64,000 nucleotides of DNA from Candidatus Marinacidobacterium sp. (GCA_965204755.1 OZ242011.1:3264001-3328000); one strand, 5' to 3'; counted from the first letter of the stretch, positions 39,129-49,740 are shown. The notes: a model not told the origin generated them from the letters alone. A program made the numbers and translations.

Positions 39129-39711
39129 CGCCCGCGAGAAGCGGCGCTCCCTGCTATCCGCCGGCGGCGCGGTGATCGGCGGCCTGTTGTTCTGGCACCT
39201 GGGCGGGTTCTACGGGTGGTCGCTGCCGTGGACGATCGGGGCGGTGGCAGTGGGCGCGCTCGTCCTCCGGTCGGTCGGGTCGGCGCTGTTCTTCCTCTCG
39301 CGGCATCCGTTCGCGGTCTGCGACTTCGGCCTGAGCGAGGCGGCCGTTCCCGGCGGGGCGGTGCGCTGCGCCGCGCGCATCGTCGCGCGCCGCCCGGTCG
39401 CCGCCGCCGCCGTCCGATTCTCGCTCACGGCGGAGAGCCGGGGCGCGTCGCGGGAGACGCGGCGGCTGTTCTCGGCGGAGCGGGAGGCGGCGCGGGCGGT
39501 CGCCCTCGAAGTCGGGAGGGAGTTCGAGGAGGAGGCCGACCTGCCGGTGCCCGAGGACGCGCCGTTCTCCTACCGGTCGTTCGAGGGGCGCCTGCGCTGG
39601 CTGGCGCGGGCGGAAGTCGCGGTGGAGGGTTACGGGACCTTCGCCGAGGAGATCGAGGTGCTCATGGCGCCGCCGCCTCCGGAGGACCCGGAGGGCGAAG
39701 TCGGGGAGTAG
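39106..39711 (+). CDS. Hypothetical membrane protein (2 TM + beta-rich domain)
   Basis: Two hydrophobic helices then ..PEDAPFSY..LRW..; GC-rich codon pattern; start uncertain. Confidence 0.55.
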   Translation: MLVWTSLIAREKRRSLLSAGGAVIGGLLFWHLGGFYGWSLPWTIGAVAVGALVLRSVGSALFFLSRHPFAVCDFGLSEAAVPGGAVRCAARIVARRPVAAAAVRFSLTAESRGASRETRRLFSAEREAARAVALEVGREFEEEADLPVPEDAPFSYRSFEGRLRWLARAEVAVEGYGTFAEEIEVLMAPPPPEDPEGEVGE

Positions 39712-40772
39712 CGGTAGCCGACCGGCGCCAGGAGCCGCAGGGTGTCCGGGGAGCGGGTGATTTCAACCGGGGCGGGGGCGAAGGCGTCGCCGTCGCACTG
39801 GCAGAGCGGCGCCTCCGCCGAGTTTTCGGCCGGGACGATCCGCGCGGCCGCGGCTCGCGCCACCCGGACGCCGGGGAGGCGGGGCAGGTGGCCGAGGGCG
39901 GCTGCGGCGGCGACCGGCGGGATGGCGAAACGGTGGCGCGGGCCTACCAGCGTCGCCACGAAATCCGGGTGTTCGATCCGCGCGCCCGGAAAGAGCGGAA
40001 GCCACCGGGTGTAGCGCGACTGCGTCCCGACGCCGGCCCACGCGGCGGGAACCGGGTCGCTCCAGTCCCCGGCGCCCGCCGCCGGAGCGATCCGGACGCG
40101 AAGTTCGGGGACCGGCGACCCGAGGAAGACGCGCGCTCCCTCGACCGCCCACCGGGCGAGGCCGCCGCGCCGCTTCGTCCGCGCCCCGACCCGCCGCGCG
40201 GTCGCGGCGTCGAGCCCCACGCTGCAGATCGAGAGGAACAGGCGCTCCTCCGGCGCCGGCGCGGGGGCGCCCGTCTCCATCGGGGCCCCGGACGGAGCGG
40301 CGGGGCCGGCTCGGCGGGCGAGCCCCGGGCGGACGGCGAGGACCCGGCCGGCGACCAGCGCCGCCACCGCGCGGGATTCCTCGGCGGGGACGCCGAGTTC
40401 GCGCGCCAGCACATTCACGGTGCCGCCGGGGAGCGGGGCGAGCGCGGTATCGCGGTTCAGGAGGCCGCGGGCGGCCTCGGCGAGGGTGCCGTCCCCGCCC
40501 CAGCAGAAAACCGCCGCCGCCCCGGCGTCCGCGTGCCGCCGGGCCAGCGCCTCCGCATGGCCGGGCGCGGTCGTGGGCGTTTCCTCCAAGGGGATTCCGG
40601 CCCGGCGGAACGCCTCCCGGATGCGGCGGAGGCGGCGCTCGCTCTTCCGGCGCCCGGCGGCCGGGTTCCAGACGAGGGCGGCGCGGGCGCCCGCCGGGAA
40701 CGCCGGCGACTCCGCCGGCGGGGGGAGGGGCGGCCCGGCGCCGGCGGGCTCGGGGGGTCGGGACGCGGTCAG
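39630..40772 (-). CDS. Diacylglycerol/lipid kinase family (YegS/BmrU-like)
   Basis: WNPAAG (upstream of the track's TTG start), [22 protein letters not shown]; probable CTG start overlapping the rlpA stop. Confidence 0.85.
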   Translation of the reverse strand: MTASRPPEPAGAGPPLPPPAESPAFPAGARAALVWNPAAGRRKSERRLRRIREAFRRAGIPLEETPTTAPGHAEALARRHADAGAAAVFCWGGDGTLAEAARGLLNRDTALAPLPGGTVNVLARELGVPAEESRAVAALVAGRVLAVRPGLARRAGPAAPSGAPMETGAPAPAPEERLFLSICSVGLDAATARRVGARTKRRGGLARWAVEGARVFLGSPVPELRVRIAPAAGAGDWSDPVPAAWAGVGTQSRYTRWLPLFPGARIEHPDFVATLVGPRHRFAIPPVAAAAALGHLPRLPGVRVARAAAARIVPAENSAEAPLCQCDGDAFAPAPVEITRSPDTLRLLAPVGYRYSPTSPSGSSGGGGAMSTSISSAKVP

Positions 40773-41485
40773 CGCAGTTGGACGACCAGCGCGTCGTAGC
40801 CGAGCGCCCGGAGTTGGCGCCGGATCCGGTTCGCCTCCGCGCGCTCGGCGTAGCGGCCGACCCGCACCCGGTGGACGCCGCCGTCGGTCTCGCTGACCGA
40901 AGCCGGGTAGCCGGCGGCCCGGATCGCCTCCGCCAGCCGCGCCGCTCCGCTCGCCGCCCGGAATGCGCCGGTCTGGACGGTGAAGACCGAGGCCGGCGCG
41001 CGCTCGACGATGGTCACCGACACCGGCGCGACGCCCCGCGCCACGATGCCCAGCCGGCGGGCCGCTTCGTGGGAGAGGTCGATGATCCGGCCGGGGCTGA
41101 AGGGGCCGCGGTCGTTGATCCGCACGCGGACGCTGTTCCCGGTGTCGCGGTCGGTGACTTCCACCACGGTGCCGAAGGGCAGCGTCTTGTGGGCGGCGGT
41201 CATGGCGCCGGGATCCATGGGTTCCCCGTTCGCGGTCGGTCGTCCGCGCTCCTCGATGCCGTACCAGGAGGCTTCGCCGAACTCCGTCGCTCCCGGCGTG
41301 CCGACGGTCGCCGGGGCTCGCCGGGTCCCGGCGCAGCCGGCGGTCAGGGCGAGCGCCGTCGCGGCCGCCGCGAGACGGGCGGCGAGCGCGCGGCGGCGGC
41401 CCCGGCGATGCCGGACGCGCGGCGAACCGGCGGGCGCTCCCCCGCTCCGTTTCGTCATTCCGGTCGTCATTCCGGGCGGCGTCAC
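40769..41485 (-). CDS. rlpA: Septal ring lytic transglycosylase RlpA lipoprotein (DPBB + SPOR)
   Basis: Lipobox [46 protein letters not shown]. Confidence 0.92.
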   Translation of the reverse strand: MTPPGMTTGMTKRSGGAPAGSPRVRHRRGRRRALAARLAAAATALALTAGCAGTRRAPATVGTPGATEFGEASWYGIEERGRPTANGEPMDPGAMTAAHKTLPFGTVVEVTDRDTGNSVRVRINDRGPFSPGRIIDLSHEAARRLGIVARGVAPVSVTIVERAPASVFTVQTGAFRAASGAARLAEAIRAAGYPASVSETDGGVHRVRVGRYAERAEANRIRRQLRALGYDALVVQLR

Positions 41486-42105
41486 TTCCGATACGGCGGC
41501 GCGGCGCCCGGCGGCGAACCCCGGGGAATGGAGAGCGAGGTCCACTGCGCCGCTTCGGCGCGCGCGAGAAGCACGACTTGGCCGGCGTGGTACGCGAGGT
41601 GGGTGAGTTGCCGGAGGATCGCCTGCCTCACGGTGAACGGCTCTCCCCGGATGGTCACGCTCCGTTCCAGGTCCTCCGGCCGGAGGGCGGCGAGTTCGCG
41701 TTCCATGACTTCGAACGCCGCGTCCCACTCGGCGAGGAGGGCGGCGCGGTCGAGATCGGGGCGGGGGTCGAACTCGCCCTCCCGGTTGCGGTCCGGCTTC
41801 TCGCCGTCGGTGGTCAGGAAGTCGGTCCAACGCGACCGCAGGTTTCCCGCCAGGTGCCGCAGCAGGATGGCGAGGGAGTTGCCGTCTTCGGGCCGGCGGC
41901 GGTGGAGCGCTTCGTCGCTTCCGACCTGCCGGACCGCCGCCTCCGCCAGCCGCCGCAGCCGGCGGAACTCGAAGCCGGAGTCGGCGAGGAACGCCGCCCC
42001 TCCGGAGGGCGCCCCGGAAGCGGGCGCCGAGGGGGCCGCGGAGGAGGAGTCGTCGGGCAGAACGCGGGGAATTCTAGGGCGTTCCGGCGGCCTCTCCGGT
42101 AGCAT
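41482..42105 (-). CDS. DUF1572/DinB-family protein
   Basis: [45 protein letters not shown]; start uncertain. Confidence 0.88.
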   Translation of the reverse strand: MLPERPPERPRIPRVLPDDSSSAAPSAPASGAPSGGAAFLADSGFEFRRLRRLAEAAVRQVGSDEALHRRRPEDGNSLAILLRHLAGNLRSRWTDFLTTDGEKPDRNREGEFDPRPDLDRAALLAEWDAAFEVMERELAALRPEDLERSVTIRGEPFTVRQAILRQLTHLAYHAGQVVLLARAEAAQWTSLSIPRGSPPGAAPPYRK

Positions 42106-42114
42106 TTCTCCCCC

Positions 42115-43386
42115 GTGAAGCCCGCTCCCCCGCCGCCTGCCCGAGCCTCCCGCGAAGGCGCGGGCCGGGTCTCCAGACGATCCTTCCTCGGCGCGGTTCC
42201 CCCCGCGGTCTCCGCGGCCGCGGCGCTCGCCGCGCGGCCGGGCGCCGGGTCGCCGCTTCGGCCCGAGGCCCGGGGAACGGCGCAGACCGGGGGCGCGGTC
42301 GAGGGGAAGATCGGGCTGCGGGTGCTGAGCGAGCGTCCGGTGAACGCGGAGACGCCGATCGGGGATCTCGATCCCCCGGACACCCCGAACGACAAGCACT
42401 TCGTCCGCAACAACGGGACGCTGCCGGAGCGGGCGCTCTCCGGCAGCCTCGAGGGGTGGAGCCTCCTGGTGGACGGCGAAGTCGAGAACCCGCTCGAGTT
42501 GGGTTTCGACGACCTGACCTCCGGTTTTCCCGAAGTCACGCAGGCGCTCGTCCTCGAGTGCGCGGGGAACGGCCGCGCCGGTTTTCGCCCGGGCGCCTCC
42601 GGGAACCAGTGGCAGTTGGGCGCCGTCGGCTGCGCCCGGTACCGCGGCGTCCGGCTTCGGGATGTGCTCGAGGCGGCGGGTCTCCGGGACAGCGCGGTGT
42701 ATGTCGCGTACTACGGCGAGGACCCGGCGCTCAGCGGAAACCCGGACGAGGTCCCCATCTCGCGGGGCATACCGGTATCGAAGGCGCTCGACGAGTCCAC
42801 CCTGCTCGCGTGGGAGATGAACGGGGAACCGCTTCCGCCGCACCACGGGTTTCCCCTGCGCCTCGTCGCTCCGGGGTTTCCCGCTTCGGCGAGCGGCAAG
42901 TGGCTGCGCCGCCTCTGGGTGCGCGACCGGGTGCACGACGGACCGAAGATGACCGGCTATTCCTACCGGGTGCCGCGTTACCCGGTGGCCCCGGGCGCGG
43001 AAGTGCCGGTCGAGGACATGGAGATCATCCGGGAAATGCCGGTGAAGTCCCTCTTCACCCGGCCGGCGACCGGCGTCCGCCATTCGGTGGCCGGGCCGCT
43101 CGAAGCGCGCGGCTGGGCCTGGGCCGGCGACGGCGCGGTGGCGGCGATGCATGTGAGTTCCGACTTCGGCGCGACCTGGCGCGAATGCCGCTTGGAAGAG
43201 CCGGAGAACCCCTTCGCCTGGCAGCGTTTCGAGGCGTCGGTGTCGTTCGACATCACCGGGCACTACGAACTCTGGGCGCGGGCGACTTCCGAGAGCGGTC
43301 AGCAGCAGCCCATGGTGGTTCCGGGCTGGAACCCGCGCGGCTACCTCAACAACGCGATGCACCGCATCGCCGTAACCGTGATCTGA
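42115..43386 (+). CDS. Sulfite oxidase family molybdoenzyme (SorA/SoxC-like), Tat-exported
   Basis: SRRSFLG Tat motif, HFVRNNG, ECAGNGR (Mo-ligand Cys), HGFPLRL, KWL, WNPRGYLNN. Confidence 0.92.
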   Translation: MKPAPPPPARASREGAGRVSRRSFLGAVPPAVSAAAALAARPGAGSPLRPEARGTAQTGGAVEGKIGLRVLSERPVNAETPIGDLDPPDTPNDKHFVRNNGTLPERALSGSLEGWSLLVDGEVENPLELGFDDLTSGFPEVTQALVLECAGNGRAGFRPGASGNQWQLGAVGCARYRGVRLRDVLEAAGLRDSAVYVAYYGEDPALSGNPDEVPISRGIPVSKALDESTLLAWEMNGEPLPPHHGFPLRLVAPGFPASASGKWLRRLWVRDRVHDGPKMTGYSYRVPRYPVAPGAEVPVEDMEIIREMPVKSLFTRPATGVRHSVAGPLEARGWAWAGDGAVAAMHVSSDFGATWRECRLEEPENPFAWQRFEASVSFDITGHYELWARATSESGQQQPMVVPGWNPRGYLNNAMHRIAVTVI

Positions 43387-43391
43387 CGACG

Positions 43392-43820
43392 ATGACGCGT
43401 TTCTTCTCGGTTTCCTTCGCGCCGCTGTTTTCCCTCGCCGTTTCGGCGGCGGCGTCCGCCGGCGAGCGCCAGTTCGGCCCGACGGACAACCTGGTCGATG
43501 CCGAGGGCGTGGAACTCGTGCGCGAGTACTGCCTCGCCTGCCACGACGACAGTTACATCGTCTCGATGAATGTCTCCCGCGAGGCTTGGGACGACACGCT
43601 GGTCCTCATGCTGGGAATGGGAATGCCCCCGCTCGACCCCGAGGTGCACGAGAAGGTGCTCGACTACCTGGAAGAAACCCAGGGCGCCGCGACTTCGGAA
43701 GAAGGGACGGACTCCGGGGCGCCCGGCGGCGCGCCCGACGCCGCCGACTTCGCCTCCCCGTGGGCGACCCCGGCGTACCACCCGAACCCCCTCGACTGGA
43801 ACCGCCCCCGCGGGCGGTAG
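43392..43820 (+). CDS. Monoheme cytochrome c, partner of the sulfite dehydrogenase
   Basis: Signal peptide, CLACH, distal Met (GMGMPP), VLDYL. Confidence 0.82.
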   Translation: MTRFFSVSFAPLFSLAVSAAASAGERQFGPTDNLVDAEGVELVREYCLACHDDSYIVSMNVSREAWDDTLVLMLGMGMPPLDPEVHEKVLDYLEETQGAATSEEGTDSGAPGGAPDAADFASPWATPAYHPNPLDWNRPRGR

Positions 43821-44098
43821 CCGCCGGCGAAACTGTCCAAATGGCGCCCGGGGCGCCAGCCGGGAAACTCGCCCCCGCCGGCGCGCCGCCGGACGGGCGC
43901 GCCGCGCCCCGGCCAACAGGCGCCGCCCGGAGATGTCGGCGCGCCGGAAACCGCTGTCGTCCCCGGGTTCCGCAGGAACGCGGTCTCGTCTTCAGCGGCC
44001 CGGGCCTGTCTGCTGAACGGCCTTGAACCGGATCTCCGCGACATTCCGATTTCCCGACCGCTATCGACCGACGACTCGATACCCGAGTGAGACGACTG

Positions 44099-45232
44099 AT
44101 GAAGATCACCAGCCTCCGCGCTCGAAACTACCGGAGCATTCGCGAGCAGACCTTCGATTTCGACGCGCTCAACATGTTCATCGGCGCGAACGCGTCCGGC
44201 AAGGGTACGATCCTCGACGCCCTGCGATTCTTGCGCGACGGACTGAAACGCGGCTTCGAGTCCGCCGTCGCGGTGCGCGGGGGGATGGCGCACCTGGCGT
44301 GGAAGGGCCGGCCGCTCCAGACCATCGAACTCGCCGTGTCGCTGACGGACGGGTCGAAGGAATACGAATGGAAGGTTCGTCTCGAACGCCGAGGCTACGA
44401 CTTTCTCGTGGAGGAGCGAGTGGATGCCATACTGACTGACGGGGCGCCGCCGACCAATTACCTGGAGTCGAAATCCGGTCTCGGTTGGTGGTGGTCAGGA
44501 GAGGAGAATCGCCGGGTCGAGATCGAACAGTCGGCGATGGCCTGCGCTCTGACGGCCGCTTCGGCGGATGCTTCCTTCCAAGGGCGGGAGATCGCCGATT
44601 TCGTTCGCCGCTGGGGCTTCTTCGACCCCAGCCCCTACCTCCTGCGTCATGACTCCGCGGGTTCGGGCCCCAACGGATTCGACCCCAACCGAGGCAATTT
44701 GGCGAAGACGCTCTACACCTTGCGAGAGTCGGCGCCGGAGGTGTTCGACCGGATCCTCCGCGCCACTCGTTCCGTTCCGGGTGTTCCGGGAGAGATCGAA
44801 CCACGCGAGAACGACGGCCGGTTCTACTTCGTCCAGAACGAACCCGGCCTCCGGTTCCCGGTCCATCAGATGGGAGCATCCAGTGGAACCCTGCGCCTCT
44901 TGGCGCTGATGGTGGCCCTCCATGCGTCGTCGGAGGCTCGCCTGATCGGCATGGAAGAACCGGAGAACTATCTCCATCCCGCGGCTCTCGAAGCGCTCGC
45001 GCAGCAGATTCTCGAGGCCGAGGATCGAGTTCAGTTCGTCGTAACGACACATTCGCCGCTCGTTCTGGACTGTCTCGACCGACCGGAAGATGTCAGCGTG
45101 GTCCATCGTAGCGAGACCGACGGTACCGTGGCCGTGCGCGAGACCGATGCGGATGGTGTCAGGAGAGCCCTCCGGGAGTCCGGCTTCGGACTGGGCGAGT
45201 ACTACGAGACCAAGGGGTTTGGTGGCGCCTGA
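44099..45232 (+). CDS. AAA_21/ABC-type ATPase (COG4637-like)
   Basis: RNYRSI, GANASGKGT, SSGTLR, MEEPENYLHP, VTTHSP. Confidence 0.88.
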   Translation: MKITSLRARNYRSIREQTFDFDALNMFIGANASGKGTILDALRFLRDGLKRGFESAVAVRGGMAHLAWKGRPLQTIELAVSLTDGSKEYEWKVRLERRGYDFLVEERVDAILTDGAPPTNYLESKSGLGWWWSGEENRRVEIEQSAMACALTAASADASFQGREIADFVRRWGFFDPSPYLLRHDSAGSGPNGFDPNRGNLAKTLYTLRESAPEVFDRILRATRSVPGVPGEIEPRENDGRFYFVQNEPGLRFPVHQMGASSGTLRLLALMVALHASSEARLIGMEEPENYLHPAALEALAQQILEAEDRVQFVVTTHSPLVLDCLDRPEDVSVVHRSETDGTVAVRETDADGVRRALRESGFGLGEYYETKGFGGA

Positions 45233-45393
45233 CGGCGAGGAAACCCTCAAGGGTGTCGGCGGAGATCGCGAAGGGGCTCGATCCGGAGGTCATCGAACGG
45301 AAGAGTCCGAGTTTTCGCGGGTTTCTCGCCGCGGTGCGGAATGGAGGGTCTGTCTCCGGCGGCGGCGATCCGCGAGACTCGGACTCCGGGTAG
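45229..45393 (+). pseudogene. Probable C-terminal remnant of a DUF4276-like partner gene
   Basis: Frame reads LTARKPSRVSAEIAKGLDPEVIERKSPSFRGFLAAVRNG.. directly after the ATPase stop; resembles the IA..LD.E.I...SPSF..F end of DUF4276-like proteins. Confidence 0.5.
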
Positions 45394-45410
45394 GCCGCGA
45401 ACGGCGCGGG

Positions 45411-47159
45411 TCAGGCGGGGCCCTTGGGGCGGGAGAGGCGGCCGCCGGGGCCGAAGGCGGCTATGGATTCCTTGAGGGCGGCGGGGTCGGAGGGTTCGGG
45501 GTCGGGGCGGGGGCGGTCCGGCGTGCTTTCGAGTTGGAGGGTTCGGGCGGGGACGGCGAACTCGACGCCGAGTTCCTTGGCGAGGCGGAGGACTTCGAGC
45601 AGGAAGTTGTGGCGTTCGGTGAGTTCGCTGTTCCAGTCGGGCACCCGGAAGAAGCAGTACACCATCACATCCACCGAGGACTCGGAGAAGCGGTTCAGGT
45701 GGATTTCGTACACATCCTGGCGCATCGCCTCGTTCGCTTTGATGATCGCGCGGATGCCGTCCACGAAGGCGTGTACGCGGTCCGGGTCGGTGTCGTAGCG
45801 GAGCGGGAGCATCTGCCGCATCCGGCGGTAGGTGCGCTGTCCCATGTTGTCCACGATGGAGTTCACGATGCGGCTGTTCGGGACGCTGACCAGCGAGTCG
45901 TAGAAGGTGCGCACCCGGGTGGAGCGGAGCCCCACGCGCTCGACCGTGCCTTCGTGTTCGCCGACGAGGATCCAGTCGCCGACCTGGAACGGGCGGTCGG
46001 CGACGATCGCCAGCGACCCGATCACATTGGCGACCGTGTCCTGCGCGGCGAGTGCCACCGCGAGACCGCCGAGCCCGAGTCCGGCGATGAGCGTGGTGAT
46101 CGAATACCCGTGGTTCTGCGCCACCATCAGCAGCGCGGTGAGCAACGCGGTGACCCGCAGCACGGTGCGGGCCAGCGGGATCAGGTGGTCGTCTATCTGG
46201 GTCTGGGTATTCGCGGTGATCGACGACAACTTCTCGCAGAGCGCATCGATCAGCCGGTACGCCAGCCAGACCAGGATTCCCGCGAGCGCCAGGTCCACGA
46301 CCACGGCGACCCACTGGGCGACGCGCACCGGCAGCCGGAGGTCGGCGAAGAAGTAGTGGAAGACCCAGACGGTGGCGAACCACGACGCCGGCGGCGCCAT
46401 TCCGGCCAGCGTCTTCGCGGTGAAGTCCGCCCGTCGGTTTCCCACCTGCCGCAGGAACCGGGCGAACAGCGCGCGGAGCAACAGTTGCGCCGCCCAGGCC
46501 ACCAGCCCGAGCACCAGCAGGCCGACGACCTGCCACAGCGTGAAACCCAGGAAGGACCGATCGAAGACCGGCGGGAGGATTTCGAAGAGGCTGCGGGCGT
46601 ACCAGGAGAAGGTTTCTTCGTAGAGGGTGTCGATGCTCTGGATCGTGTGTTCGGAGATCCGCCAGCCGAGGTCGTCGCCCCGCGTCAGGACGAAATCGGG
46701 CATCCGTATCGGCAGCGGAGCGACGCGGTGTTGGCGGGTGATTTCGTCGCGGTGGTCGGGGTCGCTCGGGACGAGGTTCATCTCCACCCAGAGGCCTTGG
46801 GCGTTGATGACCGATCTCAGGCGCAATGCCAGGGCGCGCCGCTCGGCGTCGGGGACCTCGTCGTCGAAGTCGAGGGTGGCGGTGAGCCGCTCCCAGTCCG
46901 GCTCGGACTGGTTCAGTTCGTAGAAGTAGGCGTCGAGCGCCGTCCGGGCGCTGAGCAGGTGGGACGGCGGCGCCGGCGCGGCTTCTTCGGGTTGGGCCGG
47001 CGGTTGGCCGGCCGCGGCGAAGGCGGCGCCGGCGAGACCGAAGACCGCGGCGCCCCGGGCGAACATCCCGGCGAGTCGGGCGCCGGCAGCCGACCGCACG
47101 CCGGGGAGAAAGGACCTCGGGCGGCGGGTCTCGGCGGGTCGGAAAGTGGTCGGCATCAC
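45411..47159 (-). CDS. MscS-family mechanosensitive channel with periplasmic N-terminal extension
   Basis: AGLGLGGLAVALAAQDT, DRPFQVGDWI, GTVERVGLRSTRVRT, VPNS, GVEFAVP. Confidence 0.92.
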   Translation of the reverse strand: MMPTTFRPAETRRPRSFLPGVRSAAGARLAGMFARGAAVFGLAGAAFAAAGQPPAQPEEAAPAPPSHLLSARTALDAYFYELNQSEPDWERLTATLDFDDEVPDAERRALALRLRSVINAQGLWVEMNLVPSDPDHRDEITRQHRVAPLPIRMPDFVLTRGDDLGWRISEHTIQSIDTLYEETFSWYARSLFEILPPVFDRSFLGFTLWQVVGLLVLGLVAWAAQLLLRALFARFLRQVGNRRADFTAKTLAGMAPPASWFATVWVFHYFFADLRLPVRVAQWVAVVVDLALAGILVWLAYRLIDALCEKLSSITANTQTQIDDHLIPLARTVLRVTALLTALLMVAQNHGYSITTLIAGLGLGGLAVALAAQDTVANVIGSLAIVADRPFQVGDWILVGEHEGTVERVGLRSTRVRTFYDSLVSVPNSRIVNSIVDNMGQRTYRRMRQMLPLRYDTDPDRVHAFVDGIRAIIKANEAMRQDVYEIHLNRFSESSVDVMVYCFFRVPDWNSELTERHNFLLEVLRLAKELGVEFAVPARTLQLESTPDRPRPDPEPSDPAALKESIAAFGPGGRLSRPKGPA

Positions 47160-47233
47160 GAAACCTCCGGCGGAAGGCGCGGGCGGGCGGCGCAGCGGCG
47201 TGGGAGGGGCCGCGAGGAAGCGGCGCGTCGGCG

Positions 47234-47307
47234 TACGCCTGGCAGGACTCGAACCTGCGACCTACGGATTAGGAATCCGTCGCTCTATCCGCCTGAGCTA
47301 CAGGCGC
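47234..47307 (-). tRNA. tRNA-Arg(CCT)
   Basis: GCGCCTG-TAGCTCAGGCGGATAGAGC-G-ACGGA-TTCCTAA-TCCGT-AGGTC-GCAGG-TTCGAGT-CCTGC-CAGGCGT-A cloverleaf; CCA not encoded. Confidence 0.96.
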
Positions 47308-47388
47308 CCCCGGAATGCCCCGCCGTCCGGCGGGCGTCCCCGTCGGCCGCCGGGCCGGGCCGAACCGGGGATGGTACCGCGTACCGAC

Positions 47389-47991
47389 CTACGGAAACCG
47401 CAGGACGGAGTGGATCGCCGGCGCCGCGCCGGCCTCCAGCCGTCCGCGCCCGCCGAGGCCCTCGAGTTCGATCAGGAACGAATACCCGGCGACCACGCCT
47501 CCCCGGCGGGAGACCAGCGCGGTCGCGGCGGCGGCGCTGCCGCCGGTGGCCAGCACATCGTCCACCACGAGGACGCGGGCGCCCGGCTCCACCGCGTCCA
47601 CATGCATCTCCAAGCGGCCGGCGCCGTATTCCAGCCGGTAGTCCTCCGCCACGGTGGCCGCCGGCAACTTGTCCGGCTTCCTCAGCAGGGCGAGGCCGGC
47701 GCCGAGCCGGAGCGCGAGCGGAGCGGCGAACAGGAAACCCCGGCTCTCGATGCTGGCCACCAGCGCGAGGTCGTCGTCGTCGAACGGCGCGGCCATCGCC
47801 TCGACCGCCGCGGCGAAAGCGCCGGCGTCCCGCAGGAGCGGCGTGATGTCCCGGAACAGCACGCCCGGTTGCGGGTAGTCCGGAACCGACCGGATCCGCT
47901 CGCGGAGGCTCGCCGTCCCGGTCTCCCCGGCCGGAAGAACCACCGCCGCCTCCCCCGAGGCCGCGGACTCAGACGACGATGCGGAACCCAT
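47389..47991 (-). CDS. apt: Adenine phosphoribosyltransferase
   Basis: PDYPQPGVLFRDITPLL, ESRGF, RKPDKLP, YRLEYG, VVDDVLATGGS; start uncertain. Confidence 0.94.
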   Translation of the reverse strand: MGSASSSESAASGEAAVVLPAGETGTASLRERIRSVPDYPQPGVLFRDITPLLRDAGAFAAAVEAMAAPFDDDDLALVASIESRGFLFAAPLALRLGAGLALLRKPDKLPAATVAEDYRLEYGAGRLEMHVDAVEPGARVLVVDDVLATGGSAAAATALVSRRGGVVAGYSFLIELEGLGGRGRLEAGAAPAIHSVLRFP

Positions 47992-48235
47992 CGCCGGCCG
48001 GCGCGGTCGAAAGCGCGTGGCGAGTCAGGCCGTCCACCCGGCCCGGCGTCCGCTCGGAGAGCGCCGCGCGGAATCGTTCGAGCGCTTCCCGGTCGGCCCG
48101 GGCCTCGATCTCCACCGCCCCGTCCTCCCGGTTCCGCACCGTCCCCGCGACGCCCAGGTCCCGGGCGAGGCTCATCGCCGACCAGCGGAAACCCACGCCC
48201 TGCACCCGCCCGGTCACGACGATCCGCTCCGCCAT
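47969..48235 (-). CDS. acyP: Acylphosphatase
   Basis: VTGRVQGVGFR, GTVRNREDGAVE. Confidence 0.92.
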   Translation of the reverse strand: MAERIVVTGRVQGVGFRWSAMSLARDLGVAGTVRNREDGAVEIEARADREALERFRAALSERTPGRVDGLTRHALSTAPAGDGFRIVV

Positions 48236-48341
48236 CCGGGTTTCCCCGGTTTTCCCCGTTTCCCCGGTCAAGCGCCGCCGGCCTCCGTCGGCTTCCGGGA
48301 CGGACACGAACGCGCGCGCCGAACCGACTGACCGACCCGGG

Positions 48342-49547
48342 TCAGTCGAGGGCGGCGAACCCCCGCTCCAGGTCCCGGAGCAGGTCCGCTTCGTCTTCCA
48401 CGCCCACGGAGAGCCGGACGAGCCCTCCGGTGATGCCCAGTTCCCGGCGCATCCCCTCCGGCATCGCGGCGTGGGTCATGGTCGCCGGATGGTTCGCCAA
48501 ACTCTCGACGCCGCCCAGACTCTCCGCGATGTGGAAGACCTCGAGGGCCTCCATGAACCGGCGCGCGCGCTCCGCTCCGCCGCTGCCGCCGCCGTGGAAC
48601 TCGAACGACACCATGCCCCCGAATCCGGACATCTGCCGGCGCGCGGTTTCGTGGCCGGGACGGTCGGGCAGCCCCGGATAGCGGACCGTCGCGACTTCCG
48701 GGCGCTCCTCGAGGAAACGCGCTGTCGCGAAGGCGTTCGACTGGTGGCTCTCCATCCGGAGCGCCAGCGTCTTGACGCTCCGCAGCAGCAACCACGACTC
48801 GAACGGCGAGAGCACCGCGCCGGCGGCGTTTTGCAGGAAGCGGAACCGGGCCAGCCGTTCCGGGTCGCGGTCCACCAGGATGCCGCCCACCCCGTCGCTG
48901 TGGCCGTTCAGGTACTTCGTCGAAGAGTGCACCACGATGTCCGCGCCGTGTTCGAGCGGCCGCTGGAAGTACGGCGACGCGAAGGTGTTGTCCACCACCA
49001 CGGCCGCGCCCACGCCGTGCGCCGCTTCCGAGAGCGCGGCGAGGTCGGCGATCCGCAGCATCGGGTTCGTCGGGGTCTCGACGAAGAGCAGCGCCGCGCC
49101 CCGGTCGAGTTCGCGCACGGTCGCGGCGGTGTCGGAAGTGTCCACCCAGGCGAAGTCCAGCCCCCGGCGGCGCAGCACCCGTTCGCCGAGCCGGTAGGTG
49201 CCCCCGTAACTGTCGCGGGTGGCCACCACCCGCTCTCCGCTGTCCACGATGTCGAGCGCCATCGCCGTCGCCGCCATCCCCGAGGCGCAGGCCACCGCCC
49301 CGGCGCCCCCTTCGAGGTCCGCCAGGTTCTTCTCGGCGGCGTTCCGGGTGGGGTTCCCGGTGCGGGAGTACTCGTACTCGCCGGGACGGCCCGGGGAGGG
49401 CTGGACGAAGGTGGCGGCGTTCACCAGCGGCGGCACGATGGCGCCGGTGCCCGGGTCCGGGTGCTGCCCCACATGGATCGCCCGGGTGGCGAACCCGCGT
49501 GGCGGAGGCGGCGCCGCCGGTTCCGTCTCGGCGGGCTTTTCGGGCAT
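48342..49547 (-). CDS. Cystathionine gamma-synthase/lyase family PLP enzyme
   Basis: YEYSRTGNPT, ETPTNP, VDNTFASP, HSSTKYLNGHSD, AESLGGVESL, RLSVGVE. Confidence 0.93.
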   Translation of the reverse strand: MPEKPAETEPAAPPPPRGFATRAIHVGQHPDPGTGAIVPPLVNAATFVQPSPGRPGEYEYSRTGNPTRNAAEKNLADLEGGAGAVACASGMAATAMALDIVDSGERVVATRDSYGGTYRLGERVLRRRGLDFAWVDTSDTAATVRELDRGAALLFVETPTNPMLRIADLAALSEAAHGVGAAVVVDNTFASPYFQRPLEHGADIVVHSSTKYLNGHSDGVGGILVDRDPERLARFRFLQNAAGAVLSPFESWLLLRSVKTLALRMESHQSNAFATARFLEERPEVATVRYPGLPDRPGHETARRQMSGFGGMVSFEFHGGGSGGAERARRFMEALEVFHIAESLGGVESLANHPATMTHAAMPEGMRRELGITGGLVRLSVGVEDEADLLRDLERGFAALD

Positions 49548-49740
49548 CGGGAGTCGGGGATTCGGGGGCGGGAGAGCGACCGCAGCGGCGGCGGCGCAAC
49601 CGATTCTACCGACGGTTCCCGTCCGCGAAACGCCCTCGCGTTCGGCCGAGGGCGGCCGGAACGGGAGGGGAAGCGCCGGCGGGGAAACCGCGATCGCCGG
49701 GCGCGGGCGGCGGTAAGATGACGGCCGAAAGCGAACGAGT

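Noticed and set aside
47234-47307. tRNA as an island integration site
   Set aside because: No integrase and no duplicated tRNA 3' end seen in the window; flanks are housekeeping genes.
48236-48268. Short imperfect tandem repeat (TTTCCCCGG)-like x3 upstream of acyP
   Set aside because: Too short and degenerate to assign a function.
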